DNA of 63,887 bases, the filler included, from Hausera hauseri (taxonomy: Eukaryota), in NCBI GenBank assembly GCA_046269625.1. It is 12 parts of 12 records of this genome, joined end to end, with 100 filler letters (N's around TTAATTAATTAA, not from the genome) between each part and the next. Parts side by side here need not be neighbours in the genome. Positions count along the whole stretch, not along the records: positions 59,635 to 63,887 come from JBJURY010674884.1; 11 more parts are not named here. One strand, 5' to 3'. Below, in pieces: positions 59,809 through 63,887 of this stretch (position 1 is the stretch's first letter; every line of letters begins with the position of its first letter). The notes beneath the pieces were generated by a model, which did not search any database, was not told where the DNA came from, and saw only the letters and a program-made list of their open reading frames with translations. The position numbers and the translations under genes were made by a program.

Positions 59809-61520
59809 ATGGCATCTACAAGTACCAGATCTGACAGGGATATTTATCTGCTAGGAAATTGAAACTCAGATGCACTTGATATATTGCATCAGTTGCCTAC
59901 AATTCAAACAGTGCTTCAGAGATTTCACTTACATCTCAGCGATATGGATCCTGTTAGAAATGCCAGTTATCATACAGTTGATAAACTGTTGCTAATGTGG
60001 TCTAAGGCAGCCATTCCAATGATACGAAAGGATCACGTGATAGAAAAACTAGAAACCTTTCACAAAGAGAACAAAAGACGTTCTTCAGAGTCGCAACAAA
60101 TGCAGAAAGTGTACTTCATAGAGAGATAGCACTACTGTTTGACATGGCGCACATAAATGTATTGCTGTCGATAAAAATTCTAGAGGACAAAGATTTCCTT
60201 ATTGAACAGCGTGGTGAAAGGAAGATGTATGTCAACAGTAGATAAAGATCTACAGAAAAAAAACAAAAGTCACATGAACGAAAATTAAAAGAGGAAAAGA
60301 GAATGTGTAGGGATTTATCAGCAACACTTTCGGTGAGCCAACAAAACCAGAGGTAATGTTGGAAAGTTCAAGTAATGACACCAGTGCAGATTCTAGCGAT
60401 CAATATACACCAGAAAAATTTTCCAAATTTTCGCAAGATAAATGCCGCACAAATGAATCGAAACATCTATTCCCTGATCTTGTTGTTAGTGCACTAGATC
60501 GAAATAAGATTTGCGATCGTAAAGCTGTTAGATTAATTGCTCAAGTTGCAGCAGCACTTGGTCATGATCCAGCGGCTTTCGCAATATCTGGAGCAACAGT
60601 ACGGAAAAAAAGACATACCACTCGATAAGCAATTAACAAATTAATCATTGAGTTTTAATCCAGCGTATCCTCTGATCGTACCCTGGGACAGCAAGTTACT
60701 GCCAGAAATAGTAGTGACTGGTGAGACTTACGTGCTTCCAGTGTTAGTATCTGGTGATGGCAACGAGAAGCTTCTGGGAATTCCAAAGTTGACAGCTGAA
60801 ACTGGTATGAATACTGCTAGTACTGTGTTCAGTTTAATACAGCAGTAGAATGTGTCTGAGAAGATTAAATGCATGAATTTTGACATGACTGCAGTGAACA
60901 CGGACCACACAAATAGAGCGTGTTCTATTAGAATCTAAAGGAGCGAAAGCTATTGTGGCTAGCCTGCAGTCATCATGTTACGGAAATAATTTTGTCCAAG
61001 GTCTTCATGTCCTGTTTTGTACCATCAAACTTGCCAGAAATTCAAATGTTTAAACGTTTCAAAAAATCGTGAAGGACGATTTCAAAGGTCCGATTGATAC
61101 ACCTACTGAAGATGAGTTCTGTAAAACTACAGCTTCTTCAAGCATCAGTGCAGAGATGATTACGTGGAATTGATAGAACACTTATTGTTCTTGATTCTCC
61201 AACAGACACTATACACTGGAGATGTCCAGGAGCTGTGCATTAAGCACACTGGATGGCAAGGCTGCTGTATTTTATGAATATATTTCTCTTCCAAGAACAG
61301 ACTGAAGTTTTCAGTGTCAGCAAGCAGCGCAAATTGAACGGTTTGTTCAGTTTGGACCCATCCTCTAAGCAGCTTTGGTTGGATCTTAACAGGTTTGCAG
61401 ATATTGAACCAGAGATTAGGAGATTGCAGTCTGCTATGAAAAATTATAACTGGTATCTTTCCGATGAACTGGTTGGATTGACATTATTTTGTGAGAATTA
61501 CGGCAGCTAAAAAGAGAGAA
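59809..61520 (+). pseudogene. Sola2-like transposase pseudogene
   Basis: WSKAAIP, LIVPWDSKLLP, EKLLGIPKL, FDMTAVNT, WLACSHHV.EIIL, RDDYVEL, PGAVH*AHWMARLLY, WYLSDELVGL. Confidence 0.8.
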
Positions 61521-62259
61521 ATAATTGAAGGATTCTTTCGTAAGAGCATAACACACAATGTGTTAGGACGGGAAAAACGGAATTTTAGGACAACTGTGGA
61601 ATCTTAGAACAATCTGAAATAATTTTTTTATACATTTTTGACATTTTGATTGGACTCGGAAATGAAATTTTGACTGATTATACTAACTTTTGACGGTAAT
61701 AAATTTTGTTTCTTTCGTTCTTTGACTCTGTGAAACCCATTGATGGGTGTCCTTTGTTTACTGTTATGTGTACGAGGTTGTGATCCATTTTGCGGCCATT
61801 ATCATGAATTTTATTGAGATCATGAATTTTGTTTTCCAGTCATAGTAAAAACCATAGATTATAATTACAAAATTGAATTAAAAATTCAAATATAAAAATT
61901 GGTCAGCCATTTATTTATATAAAATTAGTCAGTTAGCTAAGTATTTGACGTCAAACGAAAAATAAGAATTAAATTTAAATATTGGTCACCACAAAAATGA
62001 CGTCAAATCAAACGAATATACAAAATTAAATTTAGATATAAGCACTAGATCGAAGAGAATAAATACATACGAAAAGTATTAAACAACAATTTTTCAATTA
62101 CAATTTTATCGATATACAAATACGTCAATATATACATCCGTCATAAAGTCTGATACCGAAGTGATAGTGAATTATTACTAGCTGGTAAAGACTCGACATT
62201 GTTTCAAGAATTATTCTATTTATTGCTAGTTTAACCAGGATACTGAAATTACAACGATT

Positions 62260-62470
62260 TGGTACGAAAGCCTGTTTATATCGATTGTACACATCTAATA
62301 ACTACTCGACGACATGGCTGACCAAATATCAAACAACCAAATGGAAGAAATTAACGGTAAATCCAGTTTTTACTTTAAGATTTAAAACTATTTCCTTTAA
62401 ATTGCATTGCCGCATCTTTTATTGAATGTATTATTTGTGATACAATAAATGTTTTATACAATAAATGAAG
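62260..62470 (+). other. Homologue of the leader-exon region at 16930-17185
   Basis: GAAAGCC..TATCGAT upstream, ATG exon MADQISNNQMEEIN-G|GTAAAT (62314-62356), and shared TATTATTTGTGATACAATAAAT. Confidence 0.55.
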
Positions 62471-63887
62471 AGTTATATGGTTAAAGACAATATCAGGTCT
62501 TCTGCCCGAGTTTTGAGAAAGACCATGAACCTAAATGGGATAATCCAATCCTCAAAATGAATGACGAGTTGGAGGTAGATCGACGAAGATCAGAACAATA
62601 GTACTGCCGAGAGGATATTGGTGGACGATACTCACGTTTGATATTTATCTTTGAAAGCATTTTGTTTTTAACCAATTATAAATTCTAATGAAGGAGTTAA
62701 ATTGTACACTGATTAGCATCATGTTTTATTTGGTAGAATATACTTTACGAATATGTTCATTCGACATGATTTGTACTTTAATGCTATAGATTTGATTATC
62801 AGAATTTACATGAATAGCCGAACTTCCGATGACTAAACCGATAGATGACTGATGAAATTAATAGTCATGCTAATTATAATGAAGGAGCAGCAAGATTTTC
62901 TAATCTGGAGGCGGTACAGTATAATTGTCTCTGTTGAATGTAGTCCTCAGAATGGACGAATAATAGAATGCCTAAAACACCTTCAATTGGTAGACGAAGT
63001 GGAGATAAATTGGAAGGTTTTCATTTCGTAGTTCACAAGATTGAATTGATTACTTTACCAGAGATATTTAGCGTCGATGTAAAACAATATATTAGTAACT
63101 TAAAAATTTCGTTATTTTAGATGCTTCGAGAGTAGAATCATTTTTCTTAAAGTCTACTATAGATAGAGAATATGTTATTGATTCTTGCAAGGGTTGCTTG
63201 CTTTCGTCCGCTCATATTTTGCTGACATAATGATATTAATGGATCCTGAGAAAAGGAAACACGAAGGAAGTAATTGAAACGCCGTATTTAGCGTGAGTAG
63301 GTGGGGACAAGTTTAACCGATTGGTTTAATTTTGTATGGATGTGAATGAATGAGTAAGAATGGAAATTTTGATCATTACAGTAGGATAGAGGAAATATAA
63401 ACGGATAGTCCTAATTGAGTAAAAGAAAATGTCGCGTTATTTGGCCCATGTTTTTGGCTGTATGAATGATGTTGAAATAATACATTGTATAATACAAACC
63501 TGTGCATTAACAAAGTCTCATAAGGTTATGAACTACCGAAGATCAACTCACAAAGTAAACATACGTGAATTATTATAAATTAATGATACGGACATGATTT
63601 TATATGAAAGTATTCTGAAGGCGACCCTTTTTTCCAAAGTAATATAGAAACCAAGTTGAGTAAAGGAATTGAATGTTAGAGGAGCATTCATGTAATGGTG
63701 TAATTGATATACCAGACACTGTGGAGATCTATGTTATGTCAGTCTGAAAGAGTTCGCAAGAAATATAAAGTATTTTAATTCTTATTAACGTATTGAATTC
63801 ATTGTCATTTGAATTAAACTAATTAATTGGGTAACGTATACCAGGAGGGTATTATCTACAACATTAATATGCCCAACTAGAAAGAAT

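Noticed and set aside
1-63887. rRNA, tRNA, CRISPR arrays or prokaryotic operons
   Set aside because: None recognisable. The sequence is eukaryotic and repeat-derived.

Overview
This is not contiguous DNA. It is a pseudo-scaffold of 12 short eukaryotic (probably animal) contigs joined by an artificial 100-bp spacer (44 N + TTAATTAATTAA + 44 N), so no adjacency across a spacer is real. The content is mostly mobile or virus-like DNA. (1) Four Ty3/Gypsy LTR-retrotransposon segments: two related CsRN1-like copies, and two divergent copies of a second lineage with extra cargo. (2) Three decayed protein-primed family-B DNA polymerase genes of Polinton/Maverick/adintovirus type. (3) A compact RING/zinc-finger/BIR(IAP) cassette. 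(4) Decayed piggyBac, mariner, Sola2-like, hAT and KDZ-type transposases. (5) A teleost-like contig and a TC-rich microsatellite contig. The best candidate for an undescribed system is the intact Gypsy reading frame at 15570-12163 (-). Integrase runs in-frame into an internal signal peptide, a Cys/FN3-like ectodomain, a TM helix and a tail. A single UGA in the classic CAA-UUA readthrough context follows, then a hydrophobic segment and an apparently catalytically dead ISG20/REX4-like exonuclease domain. A divergent second element (26354-31967) has the same integrase-ectodomain fusion. The second candidate is the RING/BIR array at 18633-20719, built as consecutive acceptor-ORF-AATAAA units that appear to share one upstream ATG leader exon. 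All family assignments come from manual motif reading; no database searches were run.
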